Both the position numbers and the translations under genes were made by a program. Positions 8,873-18,571 of a stretch of 64,000 bases of DNA are shown here, in pieces; positions within the stretch are counted from its first letter, which is position 1; every line of letters starts with the position of its first letter. Below the pieces are notes generated by a model. That model did not search any database and was not told the origin of the DNA. It saw only the letters and a list, made by a program, of their open reading frames with translations. The stretch comes from Verrucomicrobiaceae bacterium (GTDB taxonomy: Bacteria; Verrucomicrobiota; Verrucomicrobiia; Verrucomicrobiales; Akkermansiaceae): contig JBPOGH010000002.1 in NCBI GenBank assembly GCA_051252135.1, positions 224,001-288,000 of the forward strand, written 5' to 3'.

Positions 8873-11095
8873 ATGAAATTTGTCAGACATCTTATTTTCG
8901 GGTTCCTGGTGGTGAATGGGGACGCGGAGATGCAGGAAGTGAAGGTGGGGGCGGGAGGTTTTGGGAGTTTGGAGGAGGCGCGGGATCATGTGCGGACCTT
9001 GAAGAAGGATGGGCCGGTGGTGGTGACGGTGGCGCCGGGGATTTATGGATTTGAGAAGGCGGTGGTTTTTGGTCCGGAAGATGGTGGAACGTTGGAGGCT
9101 CCGGTGACGTATCGGGCGGAGGGGGAGGTGATTGTTGATGGGTCGAAGGTGATTCCCTTGGGTGGTGCTGAGGTGGTGACGGCAGAGGAGGAGTTGCTGC
9201 GTTTGGCTGAGGTAGCGCGGGGGAACGTGGTGAAGGTGCCGGTGGAGGATGCGGGGTTGGTGAGGATTTTGAGGAGTGCGTCGCCAGTGGCCTCGCTGAT
9301 CATGCAGGATGGGGAGCTGCTGCGTCCGTCGCGGTTTCCGAATGTGGGGTTTGCGCATGCGAAGGAATTGATTTTGGCGGATGAGGGGACGCGTTTTCAG
9401 CATGATCCGGTGAGGGGGACGCGGGAGAAGCCAAACGGGGCGATTTTTACGCTGCGCGAAAAGCCGGCCGGGAGTTGGGGGCAGTGGAAGCGGGAGGTCG
9501 AGGCGCAGGAGCGGGCGATATCGACCGGTTACATTTGCTCGCAGTGGTATCGGGAAGTGATGCCGCTGCACTCGGTGAGCGAGCAGGGGGAGATTCGGTT
9601 TGTGACGCAGTCGCGCTACGGGCTGGAAGAGATGGTGGAGAAGTTTCAGTCGCGGCAGGCCTTTATGCATTTGATCTGTGAGATCGATGAGCCGGGGGAA
9701 TGGTATTTTGATCCGAAGGAGGAGGCGTTGTATTTTTGGCCGGTGGCCGAGGTGACGGAGAAGTCACGGTTGGCGGTGGCGGCGGGGAATGGTTTTTTGA
9801 CGGTGAATGGGGCGAGTCATATGCGCTTTGAGGGGTTTACGGTGCAGGGGGTTGTTTCGGGGAATATGGTGGAGATTTCGAGAGGCGAGGGGAATCGGGT
9901 GGCGGGGCTGACCTTGCGGAACTCGACGGCGGTAGCGATCTCGCTGGACGGGAAGAACAACGAGGTGCACGGGTGCGATGTTTATGATGTGACACGACTG
10001 GCGCGGGTGACGGGTGGGCGGGCGAATGAGAAGGAGATCACGGCGGGGGGGAATGTGGTGGCGAACTGCCATTTCTACCTGAATAAGTTGAGCGGGGTGG
10101 CGCCGACACTGGGGTTGAGCGGGACGGGGAATGTGGTGCGGAATTGTTTGTTCCACAATTTGCCGGGGCAGGCGTTGGTGTTTAACGGGAACGATCATCT
10201 CATTGCGAAGAACGAGTTTTTCAACATCGGGTTCGAGGAAGGAGATGGGGCGACGATTTACTCGGGGGCGCAGTTTTGGGGATACGGGACGCGGATTGAG
10301 CACAACTTTTTGCATCACATTATGTCGACGGACGGGATGATGACGCGGTCGGGGATCATGCTGGATGACCATGATTCGGGGAGGGAAGTGATCGGGAACG
10401 TCTTTTACAAGGCGGGGCACGGGTCGCTGGCGATCAATGGGGGGACGGGGCTGAAGGTGGAGGGGAACATTTTCATGGAGGGGAATTACGGGGTTTGGAT
10501 TCGGGTGATTGGGGATGTGAAGGGGCGGATTGCGAATTTGGCGAAATTTGAAACGGGGGAGCTGAAGCGGGGGGACAAGCATGATTATGTTTGGCGTTGC
10601 GAGCAGGTGGTGGGGAAGGAGGGTTGGAACAAGGCTCCGTGGACGAAGTATCCGACCTTTGCGAAAGTGATGAACCAGCCGAACGAGCGGCGATTTTATC
10701 CGATCGAGATCGGGGTGAAGGATACATGGGGATATGGGATGCATCATGAACTGACTTATGTGCATCCGCAGGCGCCGAAGGACGGGGTGGTTTTTGAGAA
10801 TACGCAGGAGCTGGATCCGGAGGTGGCCTTTGTGAATGCGGAGGCTTTGGACTTCCGGTATGCGGCGGGGCAGGGGGAGGGGAAGCCGGCGATTCCTTTT
10901 GGGGAGATCGGGCTTTATTTGGATGAATCGCGGAAAAATATGCCGGATCCGGGGCGGTATCGGGCGGCGATTGCGGACCACTACCGGGGGCGGCGATCGT
11001 CGAATTTACGGGCGAAATACGACTTCGACGGGGTGAATAAGACGATTTACTGGAACACGGGTGAGGTGCTGGAGAGGTTGCCGTTGAAAAAGTAA
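8873..11095 (+). CDS. Secreted right-handed parallel beta-helix protein (putative polysaccharide-active)
   Basis: Repeated GNxV.N..FH turns, EIDEPGEWYFD, DGATIYSG, GIMLDD; signal-like N-terminus. Confidence 0.82.
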   Translation: MKFVRHLIFGFLVVNGDAEMQEVKVGAGGFGSLEEARDHVRTLKKDGPVVVTVAPGIYGFEKAVVFGPEDGGTLEAPVTYRAEGEVIVDGSKVIPLGGAEVVTAEEELLRLAEVARGNVVKVPVEDAGLVRILRSASPVASLIMQDGELLRPSRFPNVGFAHAKELILADEGTRFQHDPVRGTREKPNGAIFTLREKPAGSWGQWKREVEAQERAISTGYICSQWYREVMPLHSVSEQGEIRFVTQSRYGLEEMVEKFQSRQAFMHLICEIDEPGEWYFDPKEEALYFWPVAEVTEKSRLAVAAGNGFLTVNGASHMRFEGFTVQGVVSGNMVEISRGEGNRVAGLTLRNSTAVAISLDGKNNEVHGCDVYDVTRLARVTGGRANEKEITAGGNVVANCHFYLNKLSGVAPTLGLSGTGNVVRNCLFHNLPGQALVFNGNDHLIAKNEFFNIGFEEGDGATIYSGAQFWGYGTRIEHNFLHHIMSTDGMMTRSGIMLDDHDSGREVIGNVFYKAGHGSLAINGGTGLKVEGNIFMEGNYGVWIRVIGDVKGRIANLAKFETGELKRGDKHDYVWRCEQVVGKEGWNKAPWTKYPTFAKVMNQPNERRFYPIEIGVKDTWGYGMHHELTYVHPQAPKDGVVFENTQELDPEVAFVNAEALDFRYAAGQGEGKPAIPFGEIGLYLDESRKNMPDPGRYRAAIADHYRGRRSSNLRAKYDFDGVNKTIYWNTGEVLERLPLKK

Positions 11096-11140
11096 GTCAT
11101 ATTTCTTCGCAACATTTGGCTGTTTTGCGATGTTTTAAGA

Positions 11141-12103
11141 ATGATGAAACACCTACTCATCCTTACTGCGTTGTTATTGCCGGCCCAAGGGCAGGATTTG
11201 TCAGAAGTCGACCGGCAGCTGCTTCTGGACAAGCTTCAGGAGATTCAGGAGTCGGCGAACTCGGCGGCGAAGAGCCGGTTTGGGACGGCTGTCTCGGCAT
11301 TTAAGGCGGCAGCGTCGAGCGATGTGGCGGCCCACGAGCTGTGGCTGAAGTGTGTGGAGAAAGTGGATTTCCAGGATGAAGCGAAGAAGACCTCGGACTT
11401 TCGGGAATGGCGTAAGCGGCACAAGGATCGCACGGATAGCCCGGGGTTTCGGCGGGCGTTGCGTCATCAGCTGAATTGGTTGCTGCTCACGATCGAGGTG
11501 ACGCAGAATCCGGCGGCGATATCGGGGATGAGCGATCAGGCGATCAGTGCGATTGAGGCGATATTGGGGGATGGGCAGCTGTTGGAGAATCAGGGTCAGT
11601 TGCTGAAGGCATCGGTGCTGAGTTCGTATTTTGCGAGGGCGTATGATTTGGGTGGTTTGCAGGTGCAAGGGTGGTCGAATGCGCCGCTGAACATTGGGAC
11701 GATGTATGAGTTGATCATTTTGCCGCCGTGGCAGAATGAGGATTCGATCGAAAAATTGCGTCGTGGGTGGCTCAAGCGCATTGAGCATGAGGGGTTGGCG
11801 GTGAAGGCCTTTAGCCGTGAAGGAGAGAAGGACCGGATTCCGGAATTTGAAAAGTGGCTCGCGAATGACCGGCTGGGGCTGATGTGGAAGATGGAGGTCG
11901 ATCTTTTCCGGGCCGGGGACCAACGACCGGCAGCGCTTCGGATGCTGGATCATTTGAAAAAGAATCTGAATCACAATGATGCGAGTGCGTGGATCAACGA
12001 TTTCACGGCTTTGGTGAGCGGGAAAAAGCTTCCGGCCGAGATTGAAGCGGAGAAGAAGGAGTTGGATGGGAAGGCTCCGGCAACTCGCGTTCCCCAACCT
12101 TGA
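11141..12103 (+). CDS. Secreted hypothetical alpha-helical protein
   Basis: Signal peptide (LLLPAQG), 320 aa, host-like codon usage. Confidence 0.75.
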   Translation: MMKHLLILTALLLPAQGQDLSEVDRQLLLDKLQEIQESANSAAKSRFGTAVSAFKAAASSDVAAHELWLKCVEKVDFQDEAKKTSDFREWRKRHKDRTDSPGFRRALRHQLNWLLLTIEVTQNPAAISGMSDQAISAIEAILGDGQLLENQGQLLKASVLSSYFARAYDLGGLQVQGWSNAPLNIGTMYELIILPPWQNEDSIEKLRRGWLKRIEHEGLAVKAFSREGEKDRIPEFEKWLANDRLGLMWKMEVDLFRAGDQRPAALRMLDHLKKNLNHNDASAWINDFTALVSGKKLPAEIEAEKKELDGKAPATRVPQP

Positions 12104-12128
12104 CCTTCTTGGCCGTCCTGCCTAGCTT
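12100..12128 (+). promoter_or_regulatory. Sigma70-like promoter of ileS
   Basis: TTGACC-N17-TAGCTT, 26 nt upstream of the ileS ATG. Confidence 0.55.
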
Positions 12129-12154
12129 CCCGCCCTATTTCAACTAGCGGCGCT

Positions 12155-14863
12155 ATGAGCAACCAAGACGGTAAATCCTACAAAGACACCCTGTTTCTGC
12201 CCAAGACAGACTTCCCGATGAAGGGGAATCTGACGGTGCGGGAGCCGGCTCGACTCGAACAGTGGAACTCCGAAGGTCTCTACGCGCGAATTATTGCGAA
12301 GCGGAAAGCCGAAGGTGCGCCACGCTTTATTCTCCATGACGGACCGCCCTTTGCGAATGGCGATGTGCACATGGGGACGGGCCTGAACAAGGTGCTGAAG
12401 GATTTCGTGGTGAAGTCCAAGACGATGGCGGGGTTTGAAACGCCGTATATCCCGGGCTGGGACTGTCACGGGTTGCCGATCGAATTCAAGGTGATGCAGG
12501 ACGAGGATGCGCGGGACGTGGAGCCGGCGGAGATTCGTCGTCGCTGCGAGACCTTTGCGCGCGGGTGGATTGATACGCAGCGTGAGTCGTTCAAGCGCTT
12601 GGGTGTTTTTGGTGATTGGGAGAATCCTTATCTCACCTTGGACCCGGGTTATGAGGCGAATATCATCCGGACTTTTGCGGCGTTGATTGAAAAGGGCTGT
12701 GTTTATCAGTCGAAGAAGCCGGTGCAGTGGTCGTATGGGGCCAAGACGGCCTTGGCCGAGGCCGAGGTGGAGTATCAGGACAAGAAGTCGACGGCGGTGT
12801 TTGTGAAGTTTTCGCTGCTGAATGCGGACAAGCTTCCGGAGGGGGCTTCGATTGCGATCTGGACGACGACTCCGTGGACGCTTCCGGCGAACCTGGGGAT
12901 TGCGGTGCATGAGCGTTTCACCTACACGATCGGGAAGTTTTCCAATGGGGAAACGATCATTGTGGTGCGTGATCTTTTGGCTGATTTTCAGGAGAAGACG
13001 GGGCTGACTCTGGAAGAGGAATTGGGTGAGATCAAGGGGGCGGAGCTTGAGAATCTGGAAGCGCAGCATCCGTTTCTGGATCGCACTTCCAAAGTGATTC
13101 TGGCGCAGTTTGTGACGACGGAGTCCGGAACCGGTGCGGTGCATATTGCGCCCGGACATGGAGCGGATGACTACGCGATTGGTCAGCAGACCGGATTGGG
13201 TGTGTTGAGCCCGGTGGACGACGACGGTCTCTTTACGGAGGAGTGCGGCGTGCCTGAATTGGTGGGAATGCACGTGTTTAAGGCGAATGCCCGCGTGGTG
13301 GAAATTCTTGAGGAGAAGGGTGCTCTTTTGGGTCAGGAGACCTATGCGCACAGCTATCCGCATTGCTGGCGCTCGAAGACGCCGATCATTTTCCGTGCGG
13401 TGGAGCAGTTCTTTATTTCGATCGATCAGCTGCGTGAAAAGGCGTTGAAGGAGATTGATGAGACGGAGTGGCTTCCGAAGTGGGGACGGAACCGGATATA
13501 CGGCACGGTGGAAGCCCGTCCCGACTGGTGTATCTCGCGTCAACGGACGTGGGGGGTTCCGCTTCCGGTGTTCTTTAAGGAAGATGGGGAGCCGATTGTG
13601 TCCGCTGAGTTGGCCAAGAAGGTGGCTGATTTGGTGGAGAAGGAAGGAACGAACGTGTGGTTTGAGAAATCGGATGCCGAGTTGGCGGAGATTTTTGGGC
13701 TTCCGGCGGGATCGACGAAGTGTCGTGACACGCTTGATGTGTGGATTGATTCGGGTTCGAGTCATGTGGCGGTGCTTGATGCGCATCCCGAGCTGAGTTG
13801 CCCGGCGGATCTCTATCTTGAGGCGACGGACCAACATCGTGGATGGTTCCAGAGCTCGCTGATGCTTTCGGTAGGGGTGCGGGACAAGGCTCCTTACAAG
13901 ACGGTACTGACGCACGGTTTTGTGGTGGACAAGGACACGGGTAAGAAGACCTCGAAATCCGATGCCAAGAAGAAGGGGAAGCCGACGGATGCGGCGCACT
14001 TTTACAACAAGTATGGTGCCGATATTATGAGGCTCTGGGTTTCCTCGGTGGACTGGCAGAACGAGGTTCCCTTTGGTGAGGACCTTTTCCAGCAAGTGGG
14101 CGAGCCCTACCGGAGGCTCCGGAATACTTTTAAGATTCTTCTCGGCAACATGCGTGATGAGAAGGTGGAGGAGCCGGAATCACTTCCCCTGATTGATCAA
14201 TGGGTCATGGCGCGTCTTCAGGTGATCATCCGGGAGGTACGAGAAGCTTACGAGAATTACGATTTCCGTAAGGTGTTTTCCCTGGTGAACCAGTTTGCGG
14301 CGAGTGACCTGAGTGCCTACTACATTGATATCACGAAGGATCGTCTTTATTGCGATGCGGAAGGATCGGCTCAGCGGAAAGCGAGTGTCTGGGTGATCGG
14401 GGAAATCTTTGATGCACTGGTGAAGCTTCTTGCTCCGGTTCTGGCCTACACGGCTGAAGAGGCATGGGAGCACGCAGGCCGTGAAGGCAGTGTGCATGAG
14501 CAGAAGTTTCCGGAGGTGAACGCAAAGTATGCAGACACGGGTGCGATCGATCAGGTGAACAAGCTTCTTGAAGTGAAGGCGGTGATGCAGACCGCGATCG
14601 AAGAAAAGGTGCAAGCCAAGGAGTTCAAGAAGAACAACGAAGCGAGCGTGACGCTGACGGTGCCATCGAATCATCCGTGTCTTGATCTCTTGAAGGATCA
14701 TGCCTTTGCGAGCGAGTTCTTCATTGTGAGCGAGCTTAAGGTGGAAGAGGGGAGCGCGCTCTCCGCGATTGTTACCGGGACGAGCCATGAGATGTGCCCG
14801 CGCTGCCGGAAGTATGAGCCGCTTGTCGGTGAGCTCTGCCAGCGCTGCACGGACGCGGTATAG
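12155..14863 (+). CDS. ileS: Isoleucine--tRNA ligase (type 1)
   Basis: LHDGPPFANG, GWDCHGLPIE, WTTTPWTLPAN, DWCISRQR, DQHRGWFQS, C-terminal Zn finger CPRC..CQRC. Confidence 0.97.
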   Translation: MSNQDGKSYKDTLFLPKTDFPMKGNLTVREPARLEQWNSEGLYARIIAKRKAEGAPRFILHDGPPFANGDVHMGTGLNKVLKDFVVKSKTMAGFETPYIPGWDCHGLPIEFKVMQDEDARDVEPAEIRRRCETFARGWIDTQRESFKRLGVFGDWENPYLTLDPGYEANIIRTFAALIEKGCVYQSKKPVQWSYGAKTALAEAEVEYQDKKSTAVFVKFSLLNADKLPEGASIAIWTTTPWTLPANLGIAVHERFTYTIGKFSNGETIIVVRDLLADFQEKTGLTLEEELGEIKGAELENLEAQHPFLDRTSKVILAQFVTTESGTGAVHIAPGHGADDYAIGQQTGLGVLSPVDDDGLFTEECGVPELVGMHVFKANARVVEILEEKGALLGQETYAHSYPHCWRSKTPIIFRAVEQFFISIDQLREKALKEIDETEWLPKWGRNRIYGTVEARPDWCISRQRTWGVPLPVFFKEDGEPIVSAELAKKVADLVEKEGTNVWFEKSDAELAEIFGLPAGSTKCRDTLDVWIDSGSSHVAVLDAHPELSCPADLYLEATDQHRGWFQSSLMLSVGVRDKAPYKTVLTHGFVVDKDTGKKTSKSDAKKKGKPTDAAHFYNKYGADIMRLWVSSVDWQNEVPFGEDLFQQVGEPYRRLRNTFKILLGNMRDEKVEEPESLPLIDQWVMARLQVIIREVREAYENYDFRKVFSLVNQFAASDLSAYYIDITKDRLYCDAEGSAQRKASVWVIGEIFDALVKLLAPVLAYTAEEAWEHAGREGSVHEQKFPEVNAKYADTGAIDQVNKLLEVKAVMQTAIEEKVQAKEFKKNNEASVTLTVPSNHPCLDLLKDHAFASEFFIVSELKVEEGSALSAIVTGTSHEMCPRCRKYEPLVGELCQRCTDAV

Positions 14864-14893
14864 GCCGGAATTTACCGGGAGAGAGCGGAATTT

Positions 14894-14917
14894 CACCCAC
14901 CGGATGGTGGGTGGTTT
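14894..14917 (+). terminator. Possible terminator hairpin after ileS
   Basis: CACCCACC-GGAT-GGTGGGTG then GTTT; weak U tract. Confidence 0.4.
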
Positions 14918-15004
14918 GGCTGCCTACGTGCATCAGGAAGGTTGATGGAGTGATCGGGAAAGTAGGGCGTTGGATGATCGGGACGATGGTTAACAAGCGT
15001 GAAT

Positions 15005-15022
15005 ATTATTGACTTCAATAAT
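15005..15022. promoter_or_regulatory. Perfect palindrome, putative operator
   Basis: ATTATTGA-CT-TCAATAAT, followed by TTGACA at 15028. Confidence 0.5.
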
Positions 15023-15069
15023 TCCTCTTGACAGGATGGTGTCCATCTTGGTGGGGGTTGTTTAGGCGG

Positions 15070-15118
15070 CCCCAACCAAATTCCCCCCAATCCCCCCCAA
15101 CCCCCCAATATTTACCCC
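15070..15118 (+). repeat. Tandem C-tract repeat (CCCCCCAA-like x3, plus two C4 runs)
   Basis: C4, C6, C7, C6, C4 runs directly upstream of the ATG at 15130. Confidence 0.75.
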
Positions 15119-15129
15119 TGTTACGCGAT

Positions 15130-15726
15130 ATGAAGCGTTACCCAAGCATCTGGGGCCTGGCAATTTTTCCTTGCTGGCTTCTGGCAGATAGCCCCGTTCC
15201 CTCACCACTTGATTGGTCGGGAGACTCCCCGGTTTCCTACTTTGAGCGCCTGAGTTTTGACTTTAGTGACGCCGATTCGGCATTGGAGCCGGATGAAGGA
15301 GTCATTCCGTCCACTGATTTGATTCGTTTTGGTGACGAAAAGCACGAGTCGGGAGAGGCTCATTTTGAATTTGAAGGAATAGGAACGGGATTCGAACCGG
15401 TTGAGCAGACGGGTCAGCTTTTCGAGGGTGGATTTTCCGCAGGGTTGGAGCTGGATGAGGGTCGGGTGGAGAGCGCCGCAGAGCCCAAAGCGATCGATTT
15501 GGGACTGAGCGGGTCCGGAATTGACGGCGTGTTGCAAGTCGGTGGTGCCGGAGAGGGCAACTTTCTGAGTTCGATGAGTTCGGGGAATCCGGAGTATATC
15601 GGACTGGAATCGACCGGTGACAACGGATTTCTAAATGACTTCGATCACAATTCCTTTCCGAGTTTAACCACGGTGATGGTCTGCTTCTTTTTGCTAGGTT
15701 TCGTGGCCTGGAATAGCAGGGCCTAG
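15130..15726 (+). CDS. Hypothetical acidic exported protein with C-terminal TM anchor (degenerate PEP-CTERM-like)
   Basis: MKRYPSIWGLAIFPCWLLA signal; C-terminal FPSLTTVMVCFFLLGFVAWNSRA; ATG 15130 preferred over TTG 15028. Confidence 0.6.
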   Translation: MKRYPSIWGLAIFPCWLLADSPVPSPLDWSGDSPVSYFERLSFDFSDADSALEPDEGVIPSTDLIRFGDEKHESGEAHFEFEGIGTGFEPVEQTGQLFEGGFSAGLELDEGRVESAAEPKAIDLGLSGSGIDGVLQVGGAGEGNFLSSMSSGNPEYIGLESTGDNGFLNDFDHNSFPSLTTVMVCFFLLGFVAWNSRA

Positions 15727-15792
15727 GTTAGGCCGGTGATCGTGGCGCTGAGGTCCTGAGGACGTTGGTCGTCCGGGGAATCGAGGGCGCTG

Positions 15793-17286
15793 TTAGTTTT
15801 CGACTTCGGGGATGGGGTCGGATTTTAGGATGGGGGTGCCTTCCCAGATGGTTTCGTGGGTTTGGGGGTTGTAGGTGAGGATGCGGTGGGCGGAGTGGGG
15901 TGCGGGGGGGCGGTTTTCTTGGGGGATGAATTTTGCGAGCTCATCGGCTTTGGTGCGGTGGGCGGGGTCGATGGGATCCTTGGCGAGGAGGTTGTGCCAT
16001 TCGTGGGGGTCGTTGGGGTGGTGGTAGAGTTCTTCGGAGCCATCGGCGTAGCGGATGTAGCGCCAGTCGCGGGTGCGGATGCCGTTGTTATGGGCGCAGT
16101 GGGTGGTGATGGCGGGTTGGGTGCGTGGGGTGTTGGGATTTTGGAGTTGGGGGCGGAGGGAGAGGCCGTGGAGTTGGTGGGCGGGTGGGGTGAGGTCGAG
16201 CAGGTCACAGAGGGTGGGGTAGATGTCGAGGAGTTCGGCGGGCTCGTGGACGGTTTGGCCGGGCTTGATGCCGGGGCCGGCGAAAATGAGGGGGACGCGG
16301 GTGCCGTCATCCCAGAGGGTGTTTTTTCCGGTGATTTGTTTTTCGCCGATGTGCCAGCCGTGATCCGACCAGAGGATGATGAGGGTGTTTTCCTTGAGTC
16401 CGGTTTTTTCAAGGGTATCGACGAGGCGGCCGATCTGGGCGTCGACGAAGGTGGTGCAGGCGAGGTAGGAGCGGGTGAGGTTTTTCCATTGCTTGTCCTC
16501 TTGAAGGTATTTGAGGCGGGGCTCGGGGAGTTTCCAGTGGAGGTGCCAGGAGAAGCGTGGGGTGTCGTCGCGATCGGTGGGGTGGATTTGGGGAAGCCGG
16601 AGGGTGTCGAGTGGGTGGAGGTCGAACCATTTTTGGGTGGTGTAGCAGGGGACGTGGGGGAGGAAGAATCCGGTGGCGCAGAAGAAGGGCTTTTGGGATT
16701 TCTCGGCGGCCTGGCGGGTGAGGAAGTCGACGGTCCAGGAGGCGATTTGGTAGTCGCCTTTGTCTTCGTCCTTGTGAGGGAAGGTGCCCCAGTCGACGAG
16801 GGGGTGTTGGGAGGGTGCGTTGGCGAGGGGTTTTTTGGGGAAGGGTGCGGCTTTGGCGGCGGGGCCGAGCTCGTGCCATTCGGGGTGGGGGCCGTTGAGG
16901 GTGCGTCCGGTGTTGCCGTGGAAGATTTTTCCGGAGGTGGCGGTGTGGTAGCCGTTCTTGGAGAGATGTTGGGCGAGGGTGTCGAGTTGGGCGAACTCGG
17001 GGAGCTTGCGGAAGAAGGGGGCGAGGCCGTAGATGCCGGTGCTGCCGGGTCGGAGGCCGAGCATGAGTGAGGTGCGGGAGGGATTGCAGAGGGGTGATTG
17101 GCAGTGGGCGTTGGCGAAGAGGGTGCCGTTTTGGGCGATGGAGTCGATGTGCGGGGTGATGGAATTGGGGTGGCCGTTCATGCAGCCGATCCAGTCGTTT
17201 TGGTCATCGATGGCGATGAAGAGGATGTTGGGTTTTTCGGCGAAGAGGGGAAGGGTGAGGGAAAGGGCGAGGAGGAGGCGCTTCAT
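15793..17286 (-). CDS. Sulfatase (iduronate/choline sulfatase-like, Cys-type)
   Basis: KPNILFIAIDD, CNPSR (CxPxR), GKIFH, SDHGWH. Confidence 0.93.
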   Translation of the reverse strand: MKRLLLALSLTLPLFAEKPNILFIAIDDQNDWIGCMNGHPNSITPHIDSIAQNGTLFANAHCQSPLCNPSRTSLMLGLRPGSTGIYGLAPFFRKLPEFAQLDTLAQHLSKNGYHTATSGKIFHGNTGRTLNGPHPEWHELGPAAKAAPFPKKPLANAPSQHPLVDWGTFPHKDEDKGDYQIASWTVDFLTRQAAEKSQKPFFCATGFFLPHVPCYTTQKWFDLHPLDTLRLPQIHPTDRDDTPRFSWHLHWKLPEPRLKYLQEDKQWKNLTRSYLACTTFVDAQIGRLVDTLEKTGLKENTLIILWSDHGWHIGEKQITGKNTLWDDGTRVPLIFAGPGIKPGQTVHEPAELLDIYPTLCDLLDLTPPAHQLHGLSLRPQLQNPNTPRTQPAITTHCAHNNGIRTRDWRYIRYADGSEELYHHPNDPHEWHNLLAKDPIDPAHRTKADELAKFIPQENRPPAPHSAHRILTYNPQTHETIWEGTPILKSDPIPEVEN

Positions 17287-17389
17287 GATAGGAATCGTAT
17301 CGTTACGGGGCGGAGTGAGAAGATCATTCGTTTGAGGGTGGATTGGGCGAGGGTGATTTACATCTTGATGGGATTTTGGTTTCTAGGGC

Positions 17390-18571
17390 GTGATGAGTTT
17401 GGAAACGCGGCAACTGGAGCGGGTGAATGATCTGTTGCGGTCGCTTGCGTCCGGGGGAAACGCTTTTTATCAAGGGAAGCTGGCTGGGTTGTCGGAGGTG
17501 GGGAGTTTGGCGGAGTTTGTGGAGCGGGTGCCTTTTACGACGAAGGGTGAGTTGGCGGCTGATCAGGAGGCGCATCCGCCGTATGGGACGAATTTGACGT
17601 GGCCGTTGGAGAGTTACTGTCGTTTTCATCAGACGAGCGGGACATCGGGGCGGCCGATGATTTGGTTGGATGATGTGGCGGGTTGGGAATGGTTGCGGGG
17701 GAACTGGGAGTGGGTGTGGGAGGAGGCGGGAGTGAAGGCGGGTGAGGCGGCGTTTTTTCCGTTTTCGTTTGGGCCGTTTTTGGGATTTTGGGCGGGGTTT
17801 GAGTCGGCGACCCATCTGGGGATTCGGGCGATTCCGGCGGGCGGGTTGTCGAGTGAGAATCGGATCAAGATGATGGAGCGGCTGCGGCCGGAGGTGTTGT
17901 GTTGCACGCCGACGTATGGGCTGCGGCTGGCGGAGGTGGCGGAAGATGCGAGGGCGCTGGGGGTGCGGAAGATCATCGTGGCGGGTGAGCCGGGCGGGAG
18001 TTTGCCGGAGGTGCGGGCGCGGCTGGAGGAGGCGTGGGGAGCGGAAGTGATCGATCACCACGGGATGACGGAAGTGGGTCCGGTGACGGTGGGGGATCGG
18101 GAGGATGCGACGTTTTTACGTATTCGGCACGAAGGGTATTTTTGCGAGGTGATTGATCAGGATGAGAGTGGAGTGGGGGAGTTGGTGTTGACGACGCTGG
18201 GTCGTCATGGGTCGCCCTTGCTGCGGTATCGGACGGGGGATCTGGTGCAGCCGGTGGAGCGTGTGGAGGGGTTTGCGCTGAAGGGCGGGATCATCGGGCG
18301 GGTGGATGATATGGTGGTGGTGCGCGGGGTGAATTTGTATCCGGGCGCGGTGGAGGAAGTGGTGAAGAGTGTGTCGGGGATTGTGGAGTATGAGGTTCTG
18401 ATCGAGGAGAAGGATGCGATGGCGGAGGTTCGGCTTCGGGTGGAGGGTGAAGGGGTTGAGGAGTTGGCGGCGAAGCTGCAGGAAGTTTTTAGTTTGAGGA
18501 TTCCGGTGGAGCAGGTGGCGGAGGGGACGCTGGAGCGTTTTGAGATGAAATCGCGGCGATGGAAAAAGTAA
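17390..18571 (+). CDS. Phenylacetate--CoA ligase family (PaaK-like ANL adenylating enzyme)
   Basis: TSGTSGRP, TPTY, AGEPG, GMTEVGP, RYRTGD, GRVDDMVVVRGVNLYP. Confidence 0.88.
   Translation: MMSLETRQLERVNDLLRSLASGGNAFYQGKLAGLSEVGSLAEFVERVPFTTKGELAADQEAHPPYGTNLTWPLESYCRFHQTSGTSGRPMIWLDDVAGWEWLRGNWEWVWEEAGVKAGEAAFFPFSFGPFLGFWAGFESATHLGIRAIPAGGLSSENRIKMMERLRPEVLCCTPTYGLRLAEVAEDARALGVRKIIVAGEPGGSLPEVRARLEEAWGAEVIDHHGMTEVGPVTVGDREDATFLRIRHEGYFCEVIDQDESGVGELVLTTLGRHGSPLLRYRTGDLVQPVERVEGFALKGGIIGRVDDMVVVRGVNLYPGAVEEVVKSVSGIVEYEVLIEEKDAMAEVRLRVEGEGVEELAAKLQEVFSLRIPVEQVAEGTLERFEMKSRRWKK

Noticed and set aside
12140..14095. 651-aa antisense ORF
   Set aside because: Fully antisense to ileS; no motifs
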